Shown here: positions 1 to 15,454 of the stretch, in pieces | Numbering within the stretch: the first letter of the stretch is position 1 | Layout: each line of letters starts with the position of its first letter | From: the human T2T-CHM13v2.0 reference genome, Homo sapiens | Assembly: GCF_009914755.1 (NCBI RefSeq) | Contig: NC_060938.1 | Length of the DNA: 64,000 bases | Reading direction: 5' to 3' (one strand) | Notes under the pieces: generated by a model | What the model was told of the DNA's origin: nothing | Seen by the model: the letters and a program-made list of their open reading frames with translations, nothing else | Database searches by the model: none | Program-made: the position numbers and the translations under genes

Positions 1-3000
1 ATATGTGCATTCATCTCACATAGTTGAAACAGTCTTTTGACTGAACAGTTTGAAAACTGTCAATTTGTAGAATCTGCAAAGGGATATTTGTGAGAGCTTT
101 GAGGCCTATGGTGAGAAAGGAAATATCTTCACATAAAAACTATACAGAAGATTTCTGAGAAACCTCTTTGTGATGTGTGCATTCATCTCACAGAGTTGAA
201 CCATTCTTTTGATTGAGTAGTTTGTAAACAGACTTTTTGTAGAATATGCAAAGGGATATTTGTCAGCTCTATGAGGCCTCTGGTGAAAAAGGAAATCTCT
301 TCAATAAAAACTATAAAGAATGTTTCTGAGAAGCTGTTTTGCAAGGTGTGCACTCAACTCAGAGAGAAAAAAGTTTCTATTCTTTGATGAGTCTGGAAAC
401 TCTGTTCTTGTAAAATCTGCAAAGGGATATTTGTGAGTGGCTTGAGGCCTATGGTGAAAAAGGAAATATCTTCACATAAAAACTACACAGAAGATTTCAG
501 AGAAACTTCTTTGTGATATGTGCATTCATCTCACAGAGTTGAACCATTCTTTTGAAGAGAAGTTTCGAAACAGTCTTTTCAGAGAATTTGCAAAGGGATA
601 TTTTCAGCACTTTGGTAGGTATGATGAAAAGGGAAATATCTTCACATAAAAAGTGGACAGAAGCTTTTGGAGAAACTTCTTTGCGATGTGTGCATTCATC
701 TCACAGAGTTGAACCTTTTTTTTTTATTTAGCAGTTTGAAAAGAGTTCTTTTCTAGGATCTGCAGAGGGATATTTGTGAGCCCTTTATGGCCTAAGGTGA
801 AATAGGAAATATCTTCACATAAAAACTAGACAGAGGCATTCTGAGAAACTTCTTCATGAAATGTGCTTTCATCACACATAGTTGATCCTCTCTTTTGATT
901 GAGGAGTTTGGAAACAGCCTTTTTGTAGAATATGCAAATGGATATTTGGAGCGCTTTGAGGCCTACGGTGAAAAAAGAAATATCTTCACCTGAAAACTAG
1001 ACAGAAGCATTCTGAGAAACTTCTTTGTGATGTATGCATTCATCTCACAGAGTTTAACCTTTCTTCTGATTGAGCTGTTTCAAAACAGTCCTTTTGTAGA
1101 ATCTGCAAAGGGATATTTGTGAGCCCATTGAAGCCTATGGTGAAATAGGAAATATCTTCACATAAAAACTTGTCAGAAGATTTCTGAGAAACTTCTTTGT
1201 GATGTGTGCTTTCATCTCACAGAGTAGAACCTTTCTTTTGATTGAGCAGTTTGGAAATACACTTTTTGTAGAATCTGCAAATGGATATTTGGAGCACTTT
1301 GAGGACTATGGTGAAAAAGGAAATATCTTCACATAAAAACTAGAAAGCAGCATTCTATGAATCTACTTTGTGATGTGTGCTTTCATCTCACAGAGTTGAA
1401 CCTTTCTATTATTGAGGAGTTTGGAAACCATCTTTTTGTAGAATCTGCAAATGGATATTTGGAGCGGTTTGAGGCCTTCGTGAGAAAGGAAACATCTTCA
1501 CATAAAAACTAGACATAATCATTCTGAGAAACTTCTTGGTGACGTGTGCATTTATCACACAGAGTTGAACCTTTCTTTTTATAGAACAGTTTGGAAACTG
1601 TCTTTTTGTAGTATCTGTAGAGGGATGTTTGCGAGCAGTTTGAGGCCTATGGTGAACAAGGAAATATCTTCACATAAAAACTAGACAGAAGCTTTCTGAG
1701 AAACTTCTTTGTGATGTGTGAATTCATCTCACAGTGTTGAACCTTTCTTTGGATTGAGCAGTTTGGAAACAGTCCTTTTGTAGAATCTGCAAAGGTATAT
1801 TTCTGAGCCCATTGAGGTCTATGGTGAAATATGATATATCTTCCCATAAAAACTAGACAGAAGGTTTCTAAGAAACTTCTTTGTGATATGTGCTTCCATC
1901 TCACAGAGCTGAACTTTTCTTTTGATTGAGCAGTTTGGAAACACTCTTTTTGTAGAATCTGCAAATTGATATTTGGAGCGCTTTGAGGCCTGTGGTAAAA
2001 AAGGAAATATCATCACATAAAAATTCGATGGAAGAATTCTGAGAAACTTCTTTTTGAGGCTTGCATTCTTCTCACACAGCTGAACATTTCTTTGATTGAG
2101 TATTTGGAAACAGTCTTTTTGTAAAATCTACAAAGGGATAATTGTGAACCCTTTGAGGCTTATGGTGAGCTAGGAAATATCTTCACATAAAAACTACACA
2201 GAAACTTTCTGAGAAACTTTTTTGTGATGCGTGCATTCATCTCACAGAGTTGAACCTTTCCTTTGCTAGAGCAGTTTGGAAACATTCCTATTGTAGAATC
2301 GCCAAAGAGGTATTTCTCAGCTGATTGAGGCCTTTGATGATATAGGAAATATCTTCACTTAAAAGCTAGTCAGAAGCTTTCTGAGAAACTTATTTTTAAT
2401 GAGTGCTTTCATCTCAAAGAGTTAAGTATTTCTTTTGACTGAGCAGTTTGGAAACACTCTTTTTGCATAATCTGCAAATGGATAATTGGAGCGTTTTGAG
2501 GCCTATGGTGGAAAAGCAAATATCTTCACATAAAAACTAAACAGAAGATTTCTGAGAAACTACTTTGTAATGTGTGCATTCATCTCACAGCATTGAAAAC
2601 TTCTTTTGATTGAGCAGTTTGTAAACAGTCTTTTTGTAGAATCTGCAAATGGATATTTGGAGTGCTTTGAGGCCTATGGTGAAAAAGGAAATATCTTCAC
2701 AAAAAAACTAGAAAGAAACATTCTAAGAAACTTCCTTGAGATATGTGCTTTCATCTCACAGAGTTGAACCTTTCTTTTCATTGAGCAGTTTCGAAACAGA
2801 CTTTTTATAGAATCTGGAAATGCATATTTGGAGAGCTTTGAGGCCTATGGTGAAAAAGGAAATATCTTCAGATAAACACTAAACAGAAGCTTTCTGAGAA
2901 ACTTCTTTGTGATGCCTGCATTCATATCACAGAGCTGAAACTTTCTTTTGATTTAGCAGTTTGTAATCAGTCTTTTGGTAGAATCTGCAAATGGATACTT

Positions 3001-6000
3001 GGAGTGCTTTGAGGCCTATGGTGAAAAAGAAAATATCTTCAAAAAAAACTAGAAAGATACATTCTGAGAAACTTCTTTGTGATGTGTGCTTTCACCTCAC
3101 AGAGTTGAAACTCTCTTTTCATTGAGCAATTTGGAAACAGTCTTTTTGTGGAATCTGCAAATGGATATTTGGAGCGCTTTGAGGCCTATCGTGAAAAAGG
3201 AAATATCTCACGTAAACCCTAGACAGAAGTATTCTGAGAAACTTCTTTGTCTTGTGCCCATTCATCTCACAGAGTTGAACCTTCCTTTGGATTGAGCAGT
3301 TTGGAAACCGTCTTTTTGTAGAATCTGCGAAAAATATTTTTCGGCCCTTTATGGCCCATGGTGAAACATGAAATATCCTCACAGAAAAACTAGACAGAAT
3401 CTTTCTGAGGAAGTTCTTTGTGATGTGTGCTTTCAACACACGGAGTTGTAGCTTTCTTTTGATTGAGCACTTTGGAAACAGTCTTTTTGCGGAATCAGCA
3501 AATGGATGTTTGGAGCGCTTTGAGGCCTTTGGTGAAAAAGTAAATACCTTCACATAAAAAATAGACAGAAGTATTGTAAGAAACATCTCTGTGATGTGTG
3601 CATTCATCTCATACAGTTGAATCCTTCTTTTATTGAGGAGTTTGGAAACAGTCTTTCTGTGGAATCAGCAAATGGATGTTTTGAGCACTTTGAGGTCCAT
3701 GGTGAAAAAGGAAATACCTTCACATAAAAAATAGACAGAAGGATTGTGAGAAACATCTATGTGATGTGTATATTCATCTTATAGAGTTGAACCTTTCTTT
3801 GATGGAGCAGTTTGGAAACAGTCCTTTTGTAGAATCTGCAAAGGGATATTTATGAGCCCATTGAAGCCTAGGGTGAAAAAGAAATATCTTCACATAAAAA
3901 CTAGATAGAAGCATTCTGATAAGCTTTTTTGTGGTGTGTCCACTCACCTCACAGAGTTGAAAGTTTCTTTGGATTGAGCAGTTTGGAAACAGTCTTTTTG
4001 TAGAATTTGCAAAAAATATTTGTGAGCCATATATGGCCCATGGTGAAATAGGAAATATCTTCACATAAAAACTAGACAGAAGCTTTCTGAGAAACTTCTT
4101 TGTGATGTTTGCTTCCGTGTCACAGGATTGAACCTTTCTTTTTGATAGAGCAGATTGGAAACACTCTTTTTGTAGAATCTACAAATGGGTATTTGGAGCG
4201 CTTTGGGGCCTATGGTGAAAAAAGAAATATCTTCACATAAAAACTAGACAGATGCATTCTGCAAAACTTCTTTGTGATGTGTGCATTCATCTCACAGGGT
4301 TGAATCTTTCTTTGGATTCAGCATTTTTCTTAACAGTCCTTTTGTAGAATCTGCAAAGGGATATTTCTGAGCCCACTGAGTCCTGTGGTGAAAAAGGAAA
4401 TATCTTCAAATAAAAGCAAAACAGAAGCTTTCTGAGAACCTTCTTTGTGATGTGTGCATTCGTCTCTCAGCGTTGAAACTTTCTTTTGATTGAGCAGGTT
4501 GGAAACAGTCTTTTTATAAGATCTGCAAAGGGATATTTTTGAGCCGTTTGTGGCTGACGGTGAAAAAGAAATATCTTCATATAAAAACTAGACAGAAGCA
4601 TTCTGAGAAATCTCTTTCTGATGTGTGCATTCATCTCACAGAGTTGAATCTTTCTTTTGTTTGAACAGTTTGGAAACAGTCTTTTTTCTGAATATGCAAA
4701 CGGATATTTGTGAGCCCTTTACAGCCTAAGGTGAAATAGGAAATATCTTCACATAAAAACTAGACAGAATCTTTCTGAGAACATGCTTTGTGATGTGTGC
4801 TTTAATCTCACAGAGGTGAAAATTTCTTTTGATTGAGCAGTTTGGAAACAGCCTTTTTGTAGAATCCACAAATGGATATTTGCAGCGCTTTTAGGCCTAT
4901 GGAGAAAAAGGAAATATCTTCACAAAAACACTAAAAAGAAGCTTTCTGAGAAACTTATTTGTGATGCGTGGATTCATATCACAGAGCTGATCCTTTCTTT
5001 TGATTGAGCAGATTGGAAACCATCCTTTTGTACAATCTGCAAAGGGATATTTTTGAGCCGTTTTATGCCTATGGTGAAAAAGAATTAGCTTCACATGAAA
5101 AGTAGACAGAATCATTCTGAGAAACTCCTTTGGGATGTGTGCATTCATCTCACAGGGTTGAATCTTTCTTTTCTTGGAGCAGTTTGAAAACAGTCTTTTT
5201 GTAGTATCTGCAGAGGGATATTTGTGTGCAGTTTAAGGCCTATGGTGAAAAAGGAAATATCTTCACATTAAACCAGACAGAAGCATTCTGAGAAACTTAT
5301 TTTTTATGTGTGCATTCATCACACAGAGATGAATCTTTCTTTTCATTGAGCAGTTTGGAAATAGTCTTTTTATACAAAGTGCAAAGGGATATTTCTGAGC
5401 ACTTAGAGGCCTATGGTGAAAAAGTAATATCTTCACATATAAACTATACAGAAGCATTCTGAGAAACTTCTTTTTTTATGTGTGCATTCACCTCACAGAG
5501 TTGAAACTTTCTTTTCATTGAGCAGTTCAGAAACACTCTTTTTGTAGAATCTGCAAAGGGATATTTGGGATTCCTTTGAGGCCTGTGGTGAAATAGGAAA
5601 TATACTCACATAAAAACTAGACAGAAGCTTTCTGAGAAACTTCTTTGTGATGTGTGCTTTCACCTCACAGAGTTGAACCTTTCTTTTGATTGAACAGTTT
5701 GGAAACAGTCTTTTTGTGGAATTTGCAAATGGATGTTTTGCATGTTTTGAGGCCTATGGTGAAAAAGTAAATATCTTCACATTAAAACTAGACAGAAGCA
5801 TTCTGAGAAACTTCTTTGTGACGTGTACATTCATCTCACGTTGTTGAGCCTATCTTTTGATTGAGCAGATTGGAAACAGTCCCTTTGTTGTATCTGCAGA
5901 GGGATATTTGTGAGTGGTTTGAGGCCTATGGTGGAAAAGGGAATACCTTCACAGAAAACCTCGGCAAATCCATTGTGAGAAACTTCTTTGAGATGTGTGC

Positions 6001-9000
6001 ATTCATCTCACAGAGTTGAACCTTTCTTTGGATTGAGCAGTTTTCTAAACAGACCTTTTGTAAAATCTACAAAGTAATACTTCTGAGCCCATTGAGGCTT
6101 ATGGTGAAAAAGGAAATATCTTCACATGAAATCTTAACAGAAGCATTCTGAGAAACTTCTTTGTGATGTGTGCATTCATCTCACAGTGTTGAAACTTTCT
6201 TTTGATTGAGCAGTTTGGAAACAGTCTCTTTGTACAATCTGCAAAGGGATATTTCTGAGCCATTTGAGGCCTACTGTGAAAGAGAAATATCTTCATATAA
6301 AAACTAGCAAAAGCATTCTGAGAAACTTCTTTGTAATGTGTGCATTCATCACACATAGTTGAAATTTTCTTCTGATTGAGCAGTTTGGAGACAGTCTTTT
6401 TGTATAATATGCAGAAGGATATTTGTGAGCCCTTTCAGGCCTATGGTGAAATAGGGAATATCTTCACAAAAAAACTAGACAGAAGCTTTCTGATAAACTT
6501 CTTTGTGATGCATGCTTTCATCTAACAGAGTTGAACTTTTCTTTTGATTGAGCATTTTGGAAACAGTCTTTTTGTAGAATCTGAAGATGGATATTTGCAG
6601 CATTTCAGGCCTATGGTGAACAAGAAATGTCTTCACATAAAAACTAGACAGAAGCATTCTGTGAAACTTCTTTGTGATGTGTGCATTCATGTCACAGAGT
6701 TGAAACTTTCCTTGGATTGAGCAGTTTGGAAAGAGTCCTTTTGTAGAATCTGCAAAGGGATGTTTGTGAGCACATAGGGGGCCTATGGTATAATAGGAAA
6801 TGTCTTCATATAAAAACTAGACAGAAGCTTTCTGTAAAACTTCTTTGTGTTTTATGCTTTCACCTCACAGAGCTGAACCTCTCTTTTGATTGAGCAGTTT
6901 GGAAACACTCTTTTTGTAGAACTTGCAAACGGATATTTGGAGTGCTTTGAGGCCTATTGTGAAAAAGAAAATATCTGCATATAAAAACTAGACAGAAACT
7001 TTCTGAGAAACTTCTTTGTGATGTGTACTTTCATCTCACAGATTTGAACCTTGCTTTTCATTGAGCAGTTTGGCAACAAGTCATTTTGTAGAATCTGCAA
7101 AGGGATATTTGTGAGTGGTTTGAGGCCTATGGTGAAAAAGTAAATATATTCACCTAAAACCTAGACAGAAGCATTTTGAGAAAACTCTTTGTGATGTTTG
7201 CATTCATCTCACTGAGTTGTACTTTTCTGTTCATTGAGCACTGTGGAAACATACTTTTTGTGCAATCTGTAAAGGAATATTTGTTTGCGGTTTGAGACTT
7301 ATGGTGAAAAAGTAATATCTTCACATAAAAACTAGACAGAAGCATTCTGAGAAACTAATTTTTTATGTGTGCATTGTTCTCACAGAGTTGAACCTTTCTT
7401 TTGATGAAGCAGTTCGGAAACAGTTTTTTGTAATATCTGAATAGGGATATTTGTGATCCCTTTGAGGCCAAAGGTGAAATAGGAAATATCTTCACATAAA
7501 AACGAGATATAAACTTTCTGAGAAACTTCTTTGTGACGTGGGCTTTCATCTCACAGATTTGAACCTTTATTTTGATTGAGCAGTTTGGAAAGAGTCTTTT
7601 TGTAGAATCTGTGAATGTATATTTGGAGCATTTTAAGGCTTAGAGTGAAAAAGGAAATATCCTCACATAAAAACAACACAGTAGCTTTTTGAGAAAACTC
7701 TTTGTGACATTTCCATTCATCTCTAAGAGTTGACCATTTCTTTTCATTGAGCAGTTTGGAAACAGTCTTTTTGTACAAAATGCAAAGGGATATTTCTGAG
7801 CAGTTTGAGGCCAATGGTGAAAAATAAATATCTTCACATGAAAACTAGACAGAAGCATTTTGAGAAACTTCTTTGTGATGTGTGCATTCTTCTCAAAGAG
7901 TTGAAACTTTCTTTTGATTTAGCAATTTGGAGAAAGTCTCTTGGTAGTATAAGTGGAGTTATATTTGTGAGCGGTTTAAGGCCTATGGTGCAAAAAGAAA
8001 TACTTTCACATAAAATGTAGACAGAAGCTTTCTGAGAAACTTTGTGATGTGTGTTTTCGTCTCACAGAGTTGAGCCTTTCTTTTGATTGACCAGTTTGGA
8101 AACACTCTTTTTGTAGAATCTGCAAATGGATATTTGGAGCAATTTGAGAACTATGGTGAAAAAGGAAATATCTTCACATAAAAACTAGACAGAAGAATTC
8201 TGAGAAAATTCTTTGTGATGAGTGCATTCATCTCACAGAGTTGAAACTTTCTATATGGACCAGTTTGGAAACAGTCTTTTTGTAGTATCTGCAGAGGGAT
8301 ATTTTTGAGTGGTTTAAAGACTGTGGTGAAAAAGGAAATATCTTCACATAATAACCAGACAGAAGCATTCCAAGAAACTTCTTTGTGATGTGTGCATTCA
8401 TCTCACAATGTTGAACGTTTCTTTTGATTGAGCAGTTTGGAAACAGAACTTTTGTAGAATCTGCAAAGGGATATTTGTGAGCCCACTGATTCCTATGGCA
8501 AAATAGGAATTATCTTGAGATAAAAACTAGACAGAAGATTTCTGAGAAACTTCTTTGTGATGTGTGCTTTCATCTCACAGAGTTGAACATTTCTTTTGAT
8601 TGAGCAGTTTGTAAACAGTCTTTTTGTATAATCTGCAAATGGATATTTGGAGTGCTTTGTGGCCTAATGTGAAAATGGAAATATCTTCACATAAAAACTA
8701 GACAGAAGAATTCTGAGAAAATTCTCTGTGATGTATGCATTCACCTCAGAGAGGTGAACTTTTCTTTTGATGGAGCAGTTTGGAAACAGTCTTTTTATAG
8801 TATCTGCAGAAGGATATTTGTGAGCGGTTTAAGGCCTATGGTGAAAAAGGAAATATCTTCACATAAAAACGAGACAGAAGCTTTCTGAGAAACTTCTTTG
8901 TGATGTGTGCATTCATCTCACAGTGTTGAAACTTTATTTTGTTTGAGCAGTTTAGAAACAGTCTTTTTCTGCAATCTGCAAAGGCATATTTCTGAGCCAT

Positions 9001-12000
9001 TTGAGGTCTATGGTGAAAAAAGAAATATCTTCACATTTAAAATAGACAGAAGAATTCTGAGGAACTTCTTTGTGATGTCTCCATTCATCTGACAGAGTTG
9101 AAGGTTTCTTTTAATTCAGCACTTTGGAAACCATATTTTTGTAGAATCTGCAAAGGGATATTTTTGAGACATCTGAAGCCTATAGTGAAATAGTAAATAT
9201 CTTCACATAAAAACTAGACAGGAGAATTCTGAGAAACTTCATTCTGATGTGTGCATTCACCTCACAAAATTTAACCTTTATTTTGACTGAGCAGTATGGA
9301 AATGGTCGTCTTTTAGAATCTGGAAAGTTATATTTCTTAGCACTTTGAGGCCTGTGGTGAAACTGGAAATATCTTCACATGAAAACTAGACCAAAGCTTT
9401 CTGAGAAACTTCTTTGAGATGTGTGCTTTCATCTCACAGAGTTAAAACTTTCTTTTGATTCAGCAGTTTGGAAACACTCTTTTAGTGAAATCTGTAAATG
9501 GATATTCAGAGCACTTTGAGGCCAATGGTGACAAAGGAAATATCTTCACGTAAAAACTAAACACAAGTTTTCTGAGAAATTACTTTTTGATGTGTCCATT
9601 AATCTAACAGAGTTGAAACTTTCTTTTTATTTAGGACTTTGGATACAGTATTTTTGTAGAATCTGCAAAAAATATTTGTGAGCCCTTTATTGCCTATGGT
9701 GAAATAGGAATTTTCTTCACATATAAACTAGACAGAAGCACTCTGAGAAACTTCTTTGTGATGTGTGCATTCATCTCACATAGTTGAAACTGTCTTTGGA
9801 TTGAGTAGTTTGGAAACAGTCCTCTTGTAGAATCTGCAAAGGGATATTTCTGAGCCCATTGTGTACTATGGTGCAATGTGAAATATCTTCACATAAAAAC
9901 TAGACAGAAGCTTTCTAAGAATCTTCTTTGTGATGTGTGCTTTCATATCACAGAATTGAAACTTTCTTTTGATTGAGGAGTTTGGAAACACTTTTTTTCT
10001 AAAATCTGCAAATGGATATTTGGAGAGCTTTTGAGGCCCATGGTGAAAAACGAAATATCTTCACATAAAAACTAAACAGAAGTTTTCTGAGAAACTTCCT
10101 TGTGATGTGTGCATTCATCTCACAGAGTTGAACCTTTCTTTTGATTGAGCAGGTTGGAAAGAGGCTTATTGTACAATCTGCAAAGGGATAATTCTGATCC
10201 GTTTGAGGCCTATGGTGAAAGAGAAATATCTTCACATAAAAACTAGACAGAATCATTCCAAGAAATTTCTTTGTGATGTGCCCATTCATCTCACAGAGTT
10301 GAACCTTTCTTTTCATTGAGCAGTTTGGACACAGTCTTTTTGTAAAAACTTCAAAGGGATATTTGTGAGCCCTTTATGGCCTCAGGTGAAATAGGAAGTA
10401 TCTTCACATACATACAAGAGAGAAGCTGTCTGAGTAACATTTTTGTGATGTGTGCTTTCATCTCAGAGAGGTAAAAATTTGTTTTGATTGATCAGTTTGG
10501 AAACAGTCTTTTTATAGAATCTGCAAATGGATATTTGGATTGCTTTGAGGCCTATGTTGAGAAAGGTAATATCTTCACATAAAAACAAGACAGAAGATTT
10601 CTGAGAAACTCCTCTTTTATGTGTGCATTCATCTCACCGGTTTGAACCTTCCTTTTGATTGAGCAGTTTGGAAACAGTCTTTTTGTACAATCTACAAAGG
10701 GATAATTCTGAACGGTTTGATGCCTATGGTGAAAAAGAAATATCTTCACATAAAAACTAGACAGAAGCATTATGATAATTAATATGTGTGCATTCGTCTC
10801 ACAGAATTGAACCTTTCTTTTCATTTAGCAGTCCGAAAACTGTCTTTTTGTAGAGTCTGCAAAGGGATATTTGTGAGATCTTTGAGGCCTATGGTGATAT
10901 AGGAAATATCTTCACAAAAAAAGTAGACAGAAGCATTATGAGAAACTTCTTCATGATGTGTGCTTTCTTCTCACAGATTTGAATCTTTCTTTTAATTGAA
11001 CAGTTTGGAAACTCTCTTTTTGTAGAGTTTGCAAAAGGATATTTGGATTGCTTTGAGGCCTATGGTGAAAAAGGAAATATTTTCACTTAAAAACTAAACA
11101 GAAGCTTTCTGAAAAACTTCTCTGTGATGTGAGTATTCATGTCACAGTGTTGAACCTTTGTTTTCATTGAGCAGTTTGGAAACCATCTTTTTGTACAATC
11201 TGCAAAGGGATATTTCTGAGAAGTTTGAGGCCTACGGTGAAAAACAAATATCTTAACACAAAAACTAGACAGAGGCATTCTGAGAAACTTCTTATTCATG
11301 TGTGCATTCATCTCCCAGAGTTGAACCTTTCTCTTCATTGAGAAATTCAGAAACAGTCTTTTTGTAGAATTTGGAAGAGGATATATGTGAGCCCACTGAG
11401 GCCCATGGTGAAATGGGAAATATCTTCAAAGGAAAACTAGACAGAAGCATTCTGAGAAACTTCTTTGTGATGTTTGCATTCCTCTCACAGAGTTGAAACT
11501 TTGTTTTGATTGAGCAGTTTGGAAAAACTCTTTTTGAAGTATCTGCAAAAGGATATTTGGAGCACTTTGTGGCTTGTGGTGAAAAACTAAATATCTTCAC
11601 ATAAAATCTAGTGAGAAACTTTCTGAAGAACTTCTTTGTGATGTATGCTTTCATCTCACAGAGTTGAAAATTTCTTTTGATTGAGCAGTTTGGAAACAGT
11701 ATTTTGTAGAATCTGCAAATTGATAATTGGATTGCTTTGAGGCCTATCATTAGAAGGGAAATATCTTCACATAAAAACTAGACAGAAGATTTCTGAGAAA
11801 CTTCTTTGTGACGTGTGCTTTCATCTCACAGAGTTGAACTGTTCTTTTGATTGAGCAGTTAGGAAGCAGTCTTTATCTACAATCTGCAAAGGGATATTTC
11901 TGAGGGGTTTGAGGCCTACGGTAAAAAAGAAATATCTTCACATAAAAACTAGACAGAAGTATTCTGAGAAACTTCTTTGTGATGTGTGCTTTCATCTAAC

Positions 12001-13872
12001 AGGTTTGAAACTTTCTTTTGATTGAGCAGTTTGGAAACAGTCTTTTTGTAGTCTACAAAGGGATATTTCTGAACGGTTTGGTGCCTATAGTGAAAAAGGA
12101 ATATCTTCACATAAAAACTAAACAGAAGAATTGTGAGAAACTTCTTTTTTATGTGTGCATTCGTCTCACAGAGTTGAACCTTTCTTTGCATGGAGCAGTT
12201 TGAAACAGTCTTTTTGTAGAGTCTGCAGAGGGATATTTGTGAGCTCTTTGAGGCCTATGGTGAAATATGAAATATCTTCACATAAAAACCAGACAGAAGC
12301 ATTATGAGGAACTTCTTTGTGATGTGTGGTTTCATCTCACAGAGATGAAGGATTCCTTTGATTGAACAGTTTTCAAGCAGCCTTTTTGTAGTATCTGCAG
12401 AGGGATATTTGGGAGTCGTTTAAGGCCTATGGTGAAAAAGGAAATATCTTCACATCAAAACTAGACAGAAGCATTCTGAGAAACTTCTTTATGATGTGTG
12501 CATTCATCTCACAGAGTTGAACTTTTTTTGTGATTGAGCCGTTTGGAAACAGTCTTTTTGTGTAATCTGAAAATGGATATTTGGAGCACTTTGAGGCCTA
12601 TTGTGAAGAAGGAATTATCTTCACATAAAAACTAGACAGAAACTTTCTGAGAAACTTCTTTGTGATGTTTGCATTCATCTCACAGAGTTGAACCTTTCTT
12701 TGCATTTGACAGTTTGGAAACAGTCTTTTAGTACAATATGCAAAGGGATATTTCTGAACCATTTGAGGCCTATGGTGAAAAATAACTATGTCAGATAAAA
12801 ACTAGACAGAAGCATTCTGAGAAACTTCTTTTTCATGTGTGCATTTATCTCACAGAGTTGAACCTGTCTTTTCATTGAGCAATTTGGAAACAGTCTTTTT
12901 GTACAATCTGCAAAGGGATATTTCTTAGCCATTTGAGGCCTATGGTGAAAAAGACATATCTTCACATAAAAACTAGGCAGAAGCCTTCTGAGAAACTTCT
13001 TTGTGATGTGTCCATTCGTCTCACATAGTTGAACCTTTGTTTTTGATTGAGCTGTTTGCAAACTGTCTTTTTGTAGAGTCTGCAAAGGGATATTTGTGAG
13101 TCCTTTATGGCCCATGGTGAAACAGGAAATATCTTCACATAAAACTAGACAAACATTCTGAGAAACTTATTTGTGATGTGTGCTTTCATCTCACAGAGTT
13201 GAAACTTTCTTTTGATTGAGCAGTTTGGAAAGAGGCCTTTTGTAGTATCTGAAAAGATACGTTTTTGAGCCCATTGAGGCCTATGGTGAAAGAGGAAATG
13301 TCTTCACATATAAGCTAGACAAAAACTTTCTGAGAAAATTCTTTGTGATATGTGCTTTCATCTCACAGAGTAGAATCTTTCTTTTCATTGAGCAGTTTGG
13401 AAACAGTCTTTTTGTAACATCTGCATAGGGATATTTCTGAGCGGTTTGAGGCCTATGGTGACAAAGAAATATCTTCACATAAAAACTAGACAGAAGCATT
13501 CTGAGAAACTTCTTTTTTTAGGTGTGAATTCATCTCACAGAGTTGAAACTTACTTTTCATTGAGCAATTCTGTAACAGTCTTTTTGTAGAATCTGCAAAA
13601 GGATATCTGTGAGCCCTTTGAGGCCTATGGTGTAACAGGAAATACCTTCATTTAAAAACTAGACAGAAGCATTCTGAGTAACTTCTTTGTGATTTGTGCT
13701 TTCATCTCACAGAGATGAAACTTTCCTTTGATTGAGCAGTTTGGAGAAACTCTTTTTGTACAATCATCTGCAAAAGATATTTGGTGCACTTTGTGGACTA
13801 TGGTGAAAAAGGAAATATCTTCACATAAAAACTAAAAAGAAACTTTCTGAGAAACTTCTTTGTGATGTGCAC
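1..13872 (+). repeat. Monomeric alpha satellite (ALR/Alpha), ancient layer with intermixed 171-bp and 172-bp monomer types
   Basis: Seen: tandem monomers cattctgagaaacttctttgtgatgtgtgcattcatctcacagagttgaacc...ggcctatggtgaaaaaggaaatatcttcacataaaaactagacagaag. Starts of 'ctgag' (or its variant) at 841, 1012, 1184, 1355, 1524, 1696, 1868, 2039 give 171/172-bp periods (one 169). The 171 type carries aatggatatttggagcgc and the 172 type carries aagggatatttgtgagccc. pJalpha-type box (ctatggtgaaaaagga), no CENP-B box. Inference: resembles the H1H2 (SF8, Na/Oa) dimeric ancient layer. Confidence 0.97.

Positions 13873-15454
<1,582 letters not shown>

Noticed and set aside
1470-1495. Possible CENP-B box (ccttcgtgagaaagga); also gtgaaaacggaa at ~16607 and ~17633
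   Set aside because: Each has only part of the TTCG....A..CGGG core. No complete box was seen by eye, so there is no support for an active-type HOR array.
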